This document shows, one piece after another, positions 14,801 through 29,800 of a stretch of DNA of 64,000 nucleotides (positions are counted from its first letter, which is position 1; the number at the start of each line of letters is the position of its first letter). A model generated the notes under the pieces. That model had not been told where the DNA came from. It saw only the letters and a list, made by a program, of their open reading frames with translations, and ran no database searches. This DNA is from Eledone cirrhosa (taxonomy: Eukaryota), in the NCBI GenBank assembly GCA_964016885.1, contig OZ024742.1, positions 10,230,001-10,294,000 on the forward strand, given 5' to 3'. Made by a program: the position numbers and the translations under genes.

Positions 14801-17800
14801 TGAATACTAATAAAGTGAGGGATTGGGTGAATACTAATAAAGTGAGGAATAGGTTGAATACTAATTAAGTGAGGGATTGGGTGAATACTAATAAAGTGAG
14901 GAATTGGGTGAATACTAATAAAGTGAGGAATAGGTTGAATACTAATAAAGTGAGGGATTGGGTGAATACTAATAAAGTGAGGAATAGGTTGAATACTAAT
15001 AAAGTGAGGGATTAGGTGAATACTAATAAAGTGAGGAATAGGTTGAATACTAATAAAGTGAGGAATTGGGTGAATACTAATAAAGTGAGGAATTGGTTGA
15101 ATACTAATAAAGTGAGGGATTGGGTGAATACTAATAAAGTGAGGGATTGGGTGAATACTAATAAAGTGAGGGATTGGGTGAATACTAATAAAGTGAGGAA
15201 TAGGTTGAATACTAATAAAGTGAGGGATTGGGTGAATACTAATAAAGTGAGGAATAGGTTGAATACTAATAAAGTGAGGGATTGGGTGAATACTAATAAA
15301 GTGAGGAATAGGTTGAATACTAATAAAGTGAGGAATTGGGTGAATACTAATAAAGTGAGGAATTGGTTGAATACTAATAAAGTGAGGAATAGGTTGAATA
15401 CTAATAAAGAGAGGGATTGGGTGAATACTAATAAAGTGAGGAATAGGTTGAATACTAATAAAGTGAGGAATTGGGTGAATACTAATAAAGTGAGGGATTG
15501 GGTGAATACTAATAAAGTGAGGAATAGGTTGAATACTAATAAAGTGAGGGATTGTGTGAATACTAATAAAGTGAGGAATTGGGTGAATACTAATAAAGTG
15601 AGGAATAGGTTGAATACTAATAAAGTGAGGAATAGGTTGAATACTAATAAAGTGAGGAATTGGGTGAATACTAATAAAGTGAGGAATTGGGTGAATACTA
15701 ATAAAGTGAGGAATAGGTTGAATACTAATAAAGTGAGGGATTGGGTGAATACTAATAAAGTGAGGAATAGGTTGAATACTAATAAAGTGAGGAATTGGGT
15801 GAATACTAATAAAGTGAGGGATTGGTTGTATACTAATAAAGTGAGGGATTGGGTGAATACTAATAAAGTGAGTGATTGGGTGAATACTAATAAAGTGAGG
15901 AATAGGTTGAATACTAATAAAGTGAGGGATTGGGTGAATACTAATAAAGTGAGGAATAGGTTGAATACTAATAAAGTGAGGAATTGGGTGAATACTAATA
16001 AAGTGAGGGATTGGGTGAATACTAATAAAGTGAGGAATAGGTTGAATACTAATAAAGTGAGGGATTGGGTGAATACTAATAAAGTGAGGAATAGGTTGAA
16101 TACTAATAAAGTGAGGAATTGGGTGAATACTAATAAAGTGAGGGATTGGGTGAATACTAATAAAGTGAGGAATAGGTTGAATACTAATAAAGTGAGGGAT
16201 TGGGTGAATACTAATAAAGTGAGGAATAGGTTGAATACTAATAAAGTGAGGGATTGGGTGAATACTAATAAAGTGAGGAATAGGTTGAATACTAATAAAG
16301 TGAGGGATTAGGTGAATACTAATAAAGTGAGGAATAGTTTGAATACTAATAAAGTGAGGAATTGGGTGAATACTAATAAAGTGAGGAATTGGTTGAATAC
16401 TAATAAAGTGAGGGATTGGGTGAATACTAATAAAGTGAGGGATTGGGTGAATACTAATAAAGTGAGGGATTGGGTGAATACTAATAAAGTGAGGAATAGG
16501 TTGAATACTAATAAAGTGAGGGATTGTGTGAATACTAATAAAGTGAGGAATAGGTTGAATACTAATAAAGTGAGGGATTGGGTGAATACTAATAAAGTGA
16601 GGAATAGGTTGAATACTAATAAAGTGAGGAATTGGGTGAATACTAATAAAGTGAGGAATTGGTTGAATACTAATAAAGTGAGGAATAGGTTGAATACTAA
16701 TAAAGTGAGGGATTGGGTGAATACTAATAAAGTGGGGAATAGGTTGAATACTAATAAAGTGAGGAATTGGGTGAATACTAATAAAGTGAGGGATTGGGTG
16801 AATACTAATAAAGTGATGAATAGGTTGAATACTAATAAAGTGAGGGATTGGGTGAATACTAATAAAGTGAGGAATTGGGTGAATACTAATAAAGTGAGGA
16901 ATAGGTTGAATACTAATAAAGTGAGGAATAGGTTGAATACTAATAAAGTGAGGAATTGGGTGAATACTAATAAAGTGAGGAATTGGGTGAATACTAATAA
17001 AGTGAGGAATAGGTTGAATACTAATAAAGTGAGGGATTGGGTGAATACTAATAAAGTGAGGAATAGGTTGAATACTAATAAAGTGAGGAATTGGGTGAAT
17101 ACTAATAAAGTGAGGAATTGGTTGAATACTAATAAAGTGAGGGATTGGGTGAATACTAATAAAGTGAGGGATTGGGTGAATACTAATAAAGTGAGGGATT
17201 GGGTGAATACTAATAAAGTGAGGAATAGGTTGTATACTAATAAAGTGAGGGATTGGGTGAATACTAATAAAGTGAGTGATTGGGTGAATACTAATAAAGT
17301 GAGGAATAGGTTGAATACTAATAAAGTGAGGGATTGGGTGAATACTAATAAAGTGAGGAATAGGTTGAATACTAATAAAGTGAGGAATTGGGTGAATACT
17401 AATAAAGTGAGGGATTGGGTGAATACTAATAAAGTGAGGAATAGGTTGAATACTAATAAAGTGAGGGATTGGGTGAATACTAATAAAGTGAGGAATAGGT
17501 TGAATACTAATAAAGTGAGGAATTGGGTGAATACTAATAAAGTGAGGGATTGGGTGAATACTAATAAAGTGAGGAATAGGTTGAATACTAATAAAGTGAG
17601 GGATTGGGTGAATACTAATAAAGTGAGGAATAGGTTGAATACTAATAAAGTGAGGAATTGGGTGAATACTAATAAAGTGAGGGATTGGGTGAATACTAAT
17701 AAAGTGAGGAATAGGTTGAATACTAATAAAGTGAGGGATTGGGTGAATACTAATAAAGTGAGGAATAGGTTGAATACTAATAAAGTGAGGAATTGGGTGA

Positions 17801-20800
17801 ATACTAATAAAGTGAGGAATTGGTTGAATACTAATAAAGTGAGGGATTGGGTGAATACTAATAAAGTGAGGGATTGGGTGAATACTAATAAAGTGAGGAA
17901 TAGTTTGAATACTAATAAAGTGAGGGATTGGGTGAATACTAATAAAGTGAGGGATTGGGTGAATACTAATAAAGTGAGGGATTGGGTGAATACTAATGAA
18001 GTGAGGAATAGGTTGAATACTAATAAAGTGAGGGATTGGGTGAATACTAATAAAGTGAGGAATTGGGTGAATACTAATAAAGTGAGGGATTGGGTGAATA
18101 CTAATAAAGTGAGGAATAGGTTGAATACTAATAAAGTGAGGGATTGGGTGAATACTAATAAAGTGAGGAATAGGTTGAATACTAATAAAGTGAGGAATTG
18201 GGTGAATACTAATAAAGTGAGGAATTGGTTGAATACTAATAAAGTGAGGGATTGGGTGAATACTAATAAAGTGAGGAATAGGTTGAATACTAATAAAGTG
18301 AGGGATTGGGTGAATACTAATAAAGTGAGGAATTGGTTGAATACTAATAAAGTGAGGAATTGGTTGAATACTAATAAAGTGAGGGATTGGGTGAATACTA
18401 ATAAAGTGAGGAATAGGTTGAATACTAATAAAGTGAGGAATTGGGTGAATACTAATAAAGTGAGGAATTGGTTGAATACTAATAAAGTGAGGGATTGGGT
18501 GAATACTAATAAAGTGAGGGATTGGTTGAATACTAATAAAGTGAGGGATTGGGTGAATACTAATAAAGTGAGGAATAGGTTGAATACTAATAAAGTGAGG
18601 AATTGGGTGAATACTAATAAAGTGAGGGATTGGGTGAATACTAATAAAGTGAGGAATAGGTTGAATACTAATAAAGTGAGGGATTGGGTGAATACTAATA
18701 AAGTGAGGAATAGGTTGAATACTAATAAAGTGAGTGATTGGGTGAATACTAATAAAGTGAGGAATAGGTTGAATACTAATAAAGTGAGGAATTGGGTGAA
18801 TACTAATAAAGTGAGGAATTGGTTGAATACTAATAAAGTGAGGAATTGGGTGAATACTAATAAAGTGAGGAATTGGTTGAATACTAATAAAGTGAGGAAT
18901 AGGTTGAATACTAATAAAGTGAGGAATTGGTTGAATACTAATAAAGTGAGGGATTGGGTGAATACTAATAAAGTGAGGAATTGGTTGAATACTAATAAAG
19001 TGAGGGATTGGGTGAATACTAATAAAGTGAGGAATTGGTTGAATACTAATAAAGTGAGGGATTGGTTGAATACTAATAAAGTGAGGAATTGGTTGAATAC
19101 TAATAAAGTGAGGGATTGGGTGAATACTAATAAAGTGAGGAATAGGTTGAATACTAATAAAGTGAGGGATTGGGTGAATACTAATAAAGTGAGGAATAGG
19201 TTGAATACTAATAAAGTGAGGAATTGGTTGAATACTAATAAAGTGAGGAATTGGGTGAATACTAATAAAGTGAGGAATTGGTTGAATACTAATAAAGTGA
19301 GGAATAGGTTGAATACTAATAAAGTAAGGAATTGGTTGAATACTAATAAAGTGAGGAATTGATTGAATACTAATAAAGTGAGGAATTGGGTGAATACTAA
19401 TAAAGTGAGGAATAGGTTGAATACTAATAAAGTGAGGAATTGGTTGAATACTAATAAAGTGAGGAATTGGTTGAATACTAATGAAGTGAGGAATTGGGTG
19501 AATACTAATAAAGTGAGGAATTGGTTGAATACTAATAAAGTGAGGAATAGGTTGAATACTAATAAAGTGAGGAATTGGTTGAATACTAATAAAGTGAGGG
19601 ATTGGGTGAATACTAATAAAGTGAGGAATTGGTTGAATACTAATAAAGTGAGGAATTGGTTGAATACTAATAAAGTGAGGAATAGGTTGAATACTAATAA
19701 AGTGAGGAATTGGTTGAATACTAATAAAGTGAGGAATTGGGTGAATACTAATAAAGTGAGGAATAGGTTGAATACTAATAAAGTGAGGAATAGGTTGAAT
19801 ACTAATAAAGTGAGGAATTGGTTGAATACTAATAAAGTGAGGAATAGGTTGAATACTAATAAAGTGAGGAATTGGGTGAATACTAATAAAGTGAGGAATA
19901 GGTTGAATACTAATAAAGTGAGGAATTGGTTGAATACTAATAAAGTGAGGAATTGGTTGAATACTAATAAAGTGAGGAATAGGTTGAATACTAATAAAGT
20001 GAGGAATAGGTTGAATACTAATAAAGTGAGGAATTGGTTGAATACTAATAAAGTGAGGAATTGGTTGAATACTAATAAAGTGAGGAATAGGTTGAATACT
20101 AATAAAGTGAGGAATTGGGTGAATACTAATAAAGTGAGGAATAGGTTGAATACTAATAAAGTGAGGAATTGGTTGAATACTAATAAAGTGAGGGATTGGG
20201 TGAATACTAATAAAGTGAGGAATTGGTTGAATACTAATAAAGTGAGGAATAGGTTGAATACTAATAAAGTGAGGAATTGGTTGAATACTAATAAAGTGAG
20301 GAATTGGTTGAATACTAATAAAGTGAGGAATTGGGTGAATACTAATAAAGTGAGGAATAGGTTGAATACTAATAAAGTGAGGAATTGGTTGAATACTAAT
20401 AAAGTGAGGAATTGGTTGAATACTAATAAAGTGAGGAATAGGTTGAATACTAATACAGTGAGGAATAGGTTGAATACTAATAAAGTGAGGAATTGGTTGA
20501 ATACTAATAAAGTGAGGAATTGGTTGAATACTAATAAAGTGAGGAATAGGTTGAATACTAATAAAGTGAGGAATTGGTTGAATACTAATAAAGTGAGGAA
20601 TTGGGTGAATACTAATAAAGTGAGGAATTGGTTGAATACTAATAAAGTGAGGAATTGGGTGAATACTAATAAAGTGAGGAATTGGTTGAATACTAATAAA
20701 GTGAGGAATTGGTTGAATACTAATAAAGTGAGGAATAGGTTGAATACTAATAAAGTGAGGAATTGGTTGAATACTAATAAAATGAGGGATTGGGTGAATA

Positions 20801-23800
20801 CTAATAAAGTGAGGAATTGGTTGAATACTAATAAAGTGAGGTATTGGGTGAATACTAATAAAGTGAGGGATTGGTTGAATACTAATAAAGTGAGGGATTG
20901 GTTGAATACTAATAAAGTGAGGGATTGGGTGAATACTAATAAAGTGAGGAATTGGTTGAATACTAATAAAGTGAGGGATTGGGTGAATACTAATAAAGTG
21001 AGGAATAGGGTGAATACTAATAAAGTGAGGAATAGGTTGAATACTAATAAAGTGAGGGATTGGGTGAATACTAATAAAGTGAGGAATAGGGTGAATACTA
21101 ATAAAGTGAGGGATTGGGTGAATACTAATAAAGTGAGGGATTGGTTGAATACTAATAAAGTGAGGGATTGGTTGAATACTAATAAAGTGAGGAATTGGGT
21201 GAATACTAATAAAGTGAGGGATTGGGTGAATACTAATAAAGTGAGGGATTGGGTGAATACTAATAAAGTGAGGGATTGGGTGAATAATAATAAAGTGAGG
21301 GATTGGGTGAATACTAATAAAGTGAGGGATTGGGTGAATACTAATAAAGTGAGGAATAGGTTGAATACTAATAAAGTGAGGGATTGGGTGAATACTAATA
21401 AAGTGAGGAATTGGGTGAATACTAATAAAGTGAGGAATTGGTTGAATACTAATAAAGTGAGGGATTGGGTGAATACTAATAAAGTGAGGAATTGGTTGAA
21501 TACTAATAAAGTGAGGGATTGGGTGAATACTAATAAAGTGAGGAATAGGTTGAATACTAATAAAGTGAGGGATTGGGTGAATACTAATAAAGTGAAGAAT
21601 TGGTTGAATACTAATAAAGTGAGGGATTGGGTGAATACTAATAAAGTGAGGAATAGGTTGAATACTAATAAAGTGAGGGATTGGGTGAATACTAATAAAG
21701 TGAGGAATTGGGTGAATACTAATAAAGTGAGGAATAGGTTGAATACTAATAAAATGAGGGATTGGGTGAATACTAATAAAGTGAGGGATTGGGTGAATAC
21801 TAATAAAGTGAGGAATAGGTTGAATACTAATAAAGTGAGGGATTGGGTGAATACTAATAAAGTGAGGAATTGGTTGAATACTAATAAAGTGAGGGATTGG
21901 GTGAATACTAATAAAGTGTGGAATTGGGTGAATACTAATAAAGTGAGGAATTGGGTGAATACTAATAAAGTGAGGAATAGGTTGAATACTAATAAAGTGA
22001 GGGATTGGGTGAATACTAATAAAGTGAGGAATTGGGTGAATACTAATAAAGTGAGGAATTGGTTGAATACTAATAAAGTGAGGGATTGAGTGAATACTAA
22101 TAATGTGAGGAATTGGGTGAATACTAATAAATTGAGGAATAAGTTGAATACTAATAAAGTGAGGAATTGGGTGAATACTAATAAAGTGAGGGATTGGGTG
22201 AATACTAATAAAGTGAGGAATTGGGTGAATACTAATAAAGTGAGGAAAAGGTTGAATACTAATAAAGTGAGGAATTGGGTGAATACTAATAAAGTGAGGA
22301 ATTGGGTGAATACTAATAAAGTGAGGAATTGGTTGAATACTAATAAAGTGAGAAATTGGTTGAATACTAATAAAATGAGGAATTGGGTGAATACTAATAA
22401 AGTGAGTGATTGGGTGAATACTAATAAAGTGAGGAATTGGGTGAATACTAATAAAGTGAGGAATTGGGTGAATACTATTAAAGTGAGGGATTGGTTTGAT
22501 ACTAATAAAGTGAGGAATTGGGTGAATACTAATAAAGTGAGGAATTGGTTTGATACTAATAAAGGGAGGAATTGGGTGAATACTAATAAAGTGAGGAATT
22601 GGTTGAATACTAATAAAGTGAGGAATAGGTTGAATACTAATAAAGTGAGGAATTGGTTGAATACTAATAAAGTGAGGAATTGGGTGAATACTAATAAAGT
22701 GAGGAATTGGTTGAATACTAATAAAGTGAGGAATAGGTTGAATACTAATAAAGTGAGGAATTGGTTGAATACTAATAAAGTGAGGAATTGGTTGAATACT
22801 AATAAAGTGAGGGATTGGGTGAATACTAATAAAGTGAGGAATTGGGTGAATACTAATAAAGTGAGGAATTGGTTGAATACTAATAAAGTGAGGGATTGGT
22901 TGAATACTAATAAAGTGAGGAATTGGGTGAATACTAATAAAGTGAGGGATTGGGTGAATACTAATAAAGTGAGGAATTGGTTGAATACTAATAAAGTGAG
23001 GAATTGGGTGAATACTAATAAAGTGAGGAATTGGGTGAATACTAATAAAGTGAGGAATTGGGTGAATACTAATAAAGTGAGGAATTGGTTGAATACTAAT
23101 AAAGTGATAAATTGGTTGAATACTAATAAAGTGAGGAATAGGTTGAATACTAATAAAGTGAGGAATTGGTTGAATACTAATAAAGTGAGGAATTGGGTGA
23201 ATACTAATAAAGTGAGGAATTGGTTGAATACTAATAAAGTGAGAAATTGGTTGAATACTAATAAAGTGAGGAATTGGTTGAATACTAATAAAGTGAGGAA
23301 TAGGTTGAATACTAATAAAGTGAGGAATTGGTTGAATACTAATAAAGTGAGGAATTGGGTGAATACTAATAAAGTGAGGAATTGGTTGAATACTAATAAA
23401 GTGAGAAATTGGTTGAATACTAATAAAGTGAGGAATTGGGTGAATACTAATAAAGTGAGGAATTGGGTGAATACTAATAAAGTGAGAAATTGGTTGAATA
23501 CTAATAAAGTGAGGAATTGGTTGAATACTAATAAAGTGAGGGATTGGTTGAATACTAATAAAGTGAGGAATTGGGTGAATACTAATAAAGTGAGGAATTG
23601 GGTGAATACTAATAAAGTGAGAAATTGGTTGAATACTAATAAAGTGAGGGATTGGGTGAATACTAATAAAGTGAGGAATTGGGTGAATACTAATAAAGTG
23701 AGGAATTGGGTGAATACTAATAAAGTGAGGAATTGGGTGAATACTAATAAAGTGAGGAATTGTTTGAATACTAATAAAGTGAGGAATTGGTTGAATACTA

Positions 23801-26800
23801 ATAAAGTGAGGGATTGGGTGAATACTAATAAAGTGAGGAATTGGGTGAATACTAATAAAGTGAGGAATTGGGTGAATACTAATAACGTGAGGAATTGGGT
23901 GAATACTAACAAAGTGAGTAATTGTGTGAATACTAATAAAGTGAGGAATTGGGTGAATACTAATAAAGTGAGGAATTGGGTGAATACTAATAAAGTGAGA
24001 AATTGGTTGAATACTAATAAAGTGAGGAATTGGTTGAATACTAATAAAGTGAGGGATTGGGTGAATACTAATAAAGTGAGGAATTGGTTGAATACTAATA
24101 AAGTGAGAAATTGGTTGAATACTAATAAAGTGAGGAATTGGTTGAATACTAATAAAGTGAGGGGTTGGGTGAATACTAATAAAGTGAGTAATTGGGTGAA
24201 TACTAATAAAGTGAGGAATTGGGTGAATACTAATAAAGTGAGGGATTGGTTGAATACTAATAAAGTGAGGAATTGGGTGAATACTAATAAAGTGAGGAAT
24301 TGGTTGAATACTAATAAAGTGAGGAATTGGTTGAATACTAATAAAGTGAGGAATTGGTTGAATACTAATAAAGTGAGAAATTGGTTGAATACTAATAAAG
24401 TGAGGAATTGGTTGAATACTAATAAAGTGAGGGATTGGGTGAATACTAATAAAGTGAGGAATTAGTTGAATACTAATAAAGTGAGGAATTGGTTGAATAC
24501 TAATAAAGTGAGGAATTGGTTGAATACTAATAAAGTGAGGAATTGGTTGAATACTAATAAAGTGAGGAATTGGTTGAATACTAATAAAGTGAAGAATTGG
24601 TTGAATACTAATAAAGTGAGGAATTGGTTGAATACTAATAAAGTGAGGGATTGGTTGAATACTAATAAAGTGAGAAATTGGGTGAATACTAATAAAGTGA
24701 GGAATTGGGTGAATACTAATAAAGTGAGGAATTGGTTGAATACTAATAAAGTGAGAAATTGGGTGAATACTAATAAAGTGAGGAATTGGTTGAATACTAA
24801 TAAAGTGAGGAATTGGGTGAATACTAATAAAGTGAGGAATTAGTTGAATACTAATAAAGTGAGGAATTGGTTGAATACTAATAAAGTGAGGAATTGGTTG
24901 AATACTTAATAAAGTGAGGAATTGGTTGAATAGTAATAAAGTGAGGAATTGGTTGAATACTAATAAAGTGAGGAATTGGTTGAATACTAATAAAGTGAGG
25001 GATTGGGTGAATACTAATAAAGTGAGGGATTGGGTGAATACTAATAAAGTGAGAAATTGGGTTGAATACTAATAAAGTGAGGAATTGGTTGAATACTAAT
25101 AAAGTGAGTGATTGGTTGAATACTAATAAAGTGAGGAATTGGTTGAATACTAATAAAGTGAGGAATTGGTTGAATACTAATAAAGTGAGGGATTGGTTGA
25201 ATACTAATAAAGTGAGGGATTGGTTGAATACTAATAAAGTGAGGGATTGGTTGAATACTAATAAAGTGAGGAATTGGTTGAATACTAATAAAGTGAGGTA
25301 TTGGTTGAATACTAATAAAGTGAGGAATAGGTTGAATACAAATAAAGTGAGGGATTGGGTGAATACTAATAAAGTGAGGAATTGGTTGAATACTAATAAA
25401 GTGAGGGATTGGGTGAATACTAATAAAGTGAGGAATAGGTTGAATACTAATAAAGTGATGGATTGGGTGAATACTAATAAAGTGAAGAATTGGTTGAATA
25501 CTAATAAAGTGAGGGATTGGGTGAATACTAATAAAGTGAGGAATAGGTTGAATACTAATAAAGTGAGGGATTGGGTGAATACTAATAAAGTGAGGAATTG
25601 GGTGAATACTAATAAAGTGAGGAATAGGTTGAATACTAATAAAGTGAGGAATAGGTTGAATACTAATAAAGTGAGGGATTGGGTGAATACTAATAAAGTG
25701 AGGAATTGGGTGAATACTAATAAAGTGAGGAATTGGTTGAATACTAATAAAGTGAGGGATTGGGTGAATACTAATAATGTGAGGAATTGGGTGAATACTA
25801 ATAAATTGAGGAATAGGTTGAATACTAATAAAGTGAGGAATTGGGTGAATACTAATAAAGTGAGGGATTGGGTGAATACTAATAAAGTGAGGAATTGGGT
25901 GAATACTAATAAAGTGAGGAATTGGGTGAATACTAATAAAGTGAGGGATTGGGTGAATACTAATAAAGTGAGGAAAAGGTTGAATACTAATAAAGTGAGG
26001 AATTGGGTGAATACTAATAAAGTGAGGAATTGGGTGAATACTAATAAAGTGAGGGATTGGTTTGATACTAATAAAGTGAGGAATTGGGTGAATACTAATA
26101 AAGTGAGGAATTGGTTTGATACTAATAAAGGGAGGAATTGGGTGAATACTAATAAAGTGAGGAAATGGTTGAATACTAATAAAGTGAGGAATAGGTTGAA
26201 TACTAATAAAGTGAGGAATTGGTTGAATACTAATAAAGTGAGGAATTGGTTGAATACTAATAAAGTGAGAAATTGGTTGAATACTAATAAAATGAGGAAT
26301 TGGGTGAATACTAATAAAGTGAGGGATTGGGTGAATACTAATAAAGTGAGGAATTGGTTGAATACTAATAAAGTGAGGGATTGGGTGAATACTAATAAAG
26401 TGAGGGATTGGGTGAATACTAATAAAGTGAGGAATTGGTTAAATACTAATAAAGTGAGGAATAGGTTGAATACTAATAAAGTGAGGGATTGGGTGAATAC
26501 TAATAAAGTGAGGAATTGGGTGAATACTAATAAAGTGAGGAATTGGGTGAATACTAATAAAGTGAGGAATTGGGTGAATACTAATAAAGTGAGGAATTGG
26601 TTGAATACTAATAAAGTGAGAAATTGGTTGAATACTAATAAAATGAGGAATTGGGTGAATACTAATAAAGTGAGGGATAGGGTGAATACTAATAAAGTGA
26701 GGAATTGGGTGAATACTAATAAAGTGAGGGATTGGTTTGATACTAATAAAGTGAGGAATTGGGTGAATACTAATAAAGTGAGGAATTGGTTTGATACTAA

Positions 26801-29800
26801 TAAAGGGAGGAATTGGGTGAATACTAATAAAGTGAGGAATTGGTTGAATACTAATAAAGTGAGGAATAGGTTGAATACTAATAAAGTGAGGAATTGGTTG
26901 AATACTAATAAAGTGAGGAATTGGGTGAATACTAATAAAGTGAGGAATTGGTTGAATACTAATAAAGTGAGGAATAGGTTGAATACTAATAAAGTGAGGA
27001 ATTGGTTGAATACTAATAAAGTGAGGAATTGGTTGAATACTAATAAAGTGAGGGATTGGGTGAATACTAATAAAGTGAGGCATTGGGTGAATACTAATAA
27101 AGTGAGGAATTGGTTGAATACTAATAAAGTGAGGGATTGGTTGAATAGTAATAAAGTGAGGAATTGGGTGAATACTAATAAAGTGAAGGATTGGGTGAAT
27201 ACTAATAAAGTGAGGAATTGGTTGAATACTAATAAAGTGAGGAATTGGGTGAATACTAATAAAGTGAGGAATTGGGTGAATACTAATAAAGTGAGGAATT
27301 GGGTGAATACTAATAAAGTGAGGAATTGGTTGAATACTAATAAAGTGATAAATTGGTTGAATACTAATAAAGTGAGGAATAGGTTGAATACTAATAAAGT
27401 GAGGAATTGGTTGAATACTAATAAAGTGAGGAATTGGGTGAATACTAATAAAGTGAGGAATTGGTTGAATACTAATAAAGTGAGAAATTGGTTGAATACT
27501 AATAAAGTGAGGAATTGGTTGAATACTAATAAAGTGAGGAATAGGTTGAATACTAATAAAGTGAGGAATTGGGTGAATACTAATAAAGTGAGGAATTGGG
27601 TGAATACTAATATAGTGAGGAATTGGTTGAATACTAATAAAGTGAGGAATTGGTTGAATACTAATAAAGTGAGGGATTGGGTGAATACTAATAAAGTGAG
27701 GAATTGGGTGAATACTAATAAAGTGAGGAATTGGGTGAATACTAATAACGTGAGGAATTGGGTGAATACTAACAAAGTGAGTAATTGGGTGAATACTAAT
27801 AAAGTGAGGAATTGGGTGAATACTAATAAAGTGAGGAATTGGGTGAATACTAATAAAGTGAGAAATTGGTTGAATACTAATAAAGTGAGGAATTGGTTGA
27901 ATACTAATAAAGTGAGGGATTGGGTGAATACTAATAAAGTGAGGAATTGGTTGAATACTAATAAAGTGAGAAATTGGTTGAATACTAATAAAGTGAGGAA
28001 TTGGTTGAATACTAATAAAGTGAGGGATTGGGTGAATACTAATAAAGTGAGTAATTGGGTGAATACTAATAAAGTGAGGAATTGGGTGAATACTAATAAA
28101 GTGAGGGATTGGTTGAATACTAATAAAGTGAGGAATTGGGTGAATACTAATAAAGTGAGGAATTGGTTGAATACTAATAAAGTGAGGAATTGGTTGAATA
28201 CTAATAAAGTGAGGAATTGGTTGAATACTAATAAAGTGAGAAATTGGTTGAATACTAATAAAGTGAGGAATTGGTTGAATACTAATAAAGTGAGGGATTG
28301 GTTGAATACTAATAAAGTGAGTAATTGGTTGAATACTAATAAAGTGAAGAATTGGTTGAATACTAATAAAGTGAGGAATTGGTTGAATACTAATAAAGTG
28401 AGGGATTGGTTGAATACTAATAAAGTGAGAAATTGGGTGAATACTAATAAAGTGAGGAATTGGGTGAATACTAATAAAGTGAGGAATTGGTTGAATACTA
28501 ATAAAGTGAGAAATTGGGTGAATACTAATAAAGTGAGGAATTGGTTGAATACTAATAAAGTGAGGAATTGGGTGAATACTAATAAAGTGAGGAATTGGTT
28601 GAATACTAATAAAGTGAGGAATTGGTTGAATACTAATAAAGTGAGGAATTGGTTGAATACTAATAAAGTGAGGAATTGGTTGAATACTAATAAAGTGAGG
28701 GATTGGGTGAATACTAATAAAGTGAGGGATTGGGTGAATACTAATAAAGTGAGAAATTGGGTTGAATACTAATAAAGTGAGGAATTGGTTGAATACTAAT
28801 AAAGTGAGTGATTGGTTGAATACTAATAAAGTGAGGAATTGGTTGAATACTAATAAAGTGAGGAATTGGTTGAATACTAATAAAGTGAGGGATTGGTTGA
28901 ATACTAATAAAGTGAGGGATTGGTTGATTACTAATAAAGTGAGGAATTGGTTGAATACTAATAAAGTGAGGAATTGGTTGAATACTAATAAAGTGAGGAA
29001 TTGGTTGAATACTAATAACGTGAGGAATTGGTTGAATACTAATAAAGTGAGGGATTGGTTGAATACTAATAAAGTGAGGAATTGGTTGAATACTAATAAA
29101 GTGAGGGATTGGGTGAATACTAATAAAGTGAGAAATTGGGTTGAATACTAATAACGTGAGGAATTGGGTGAATACTAATAAAGTGAGAAATTGGGTTGAA
29201 TACTAATAAAGTGAGGAATTGGTTGAATACTAATAAAGTGAGAAATTGGTTGAATACTAATAAAGTGAGAAATTGGTTGAATACTAATAAAGTGAGAAAT
29301 TGGGTGAATACTAATAAAGTGAGGGATTGGGTGAATACTAATAAAGTGAGGAATTGGGTGAATACTAACAAAGTGAGGAATTGGTTGAATACTAATAAAG
29401 TGAGGAATTGGTTTGATACTAATAAAGGGAGGAATTGGTTTGATACTAATAAAGGGAGGAATTGGGTGAATACTAATAAAGTGATAAATTGGTTGAATAC
29501 TAATAAAGTGAGGAATAGGTTGAATACTAATAAAGTGAGGAATTGGTTGAATACTAATAAAGTGAGGAATTGGGTGAATACTAATAAAGTGAGGAATTGG
29601 TTGAATACTAATAAAGTGAGAAATTGGTTGAATACTAATAAAGTGAGGAATTGGTTGAATACTAATAAAGTGAGGAATAGGTTGAATACTAATAAAGTGA
29701 GGAATTGGTTGAATACTAATAAAGTGAGGAATTGGGTGAATACTAATAAAGTGAGGAATTGGTTGAATACTAATAAAGTGAGAAATTGGTTGAATACTAA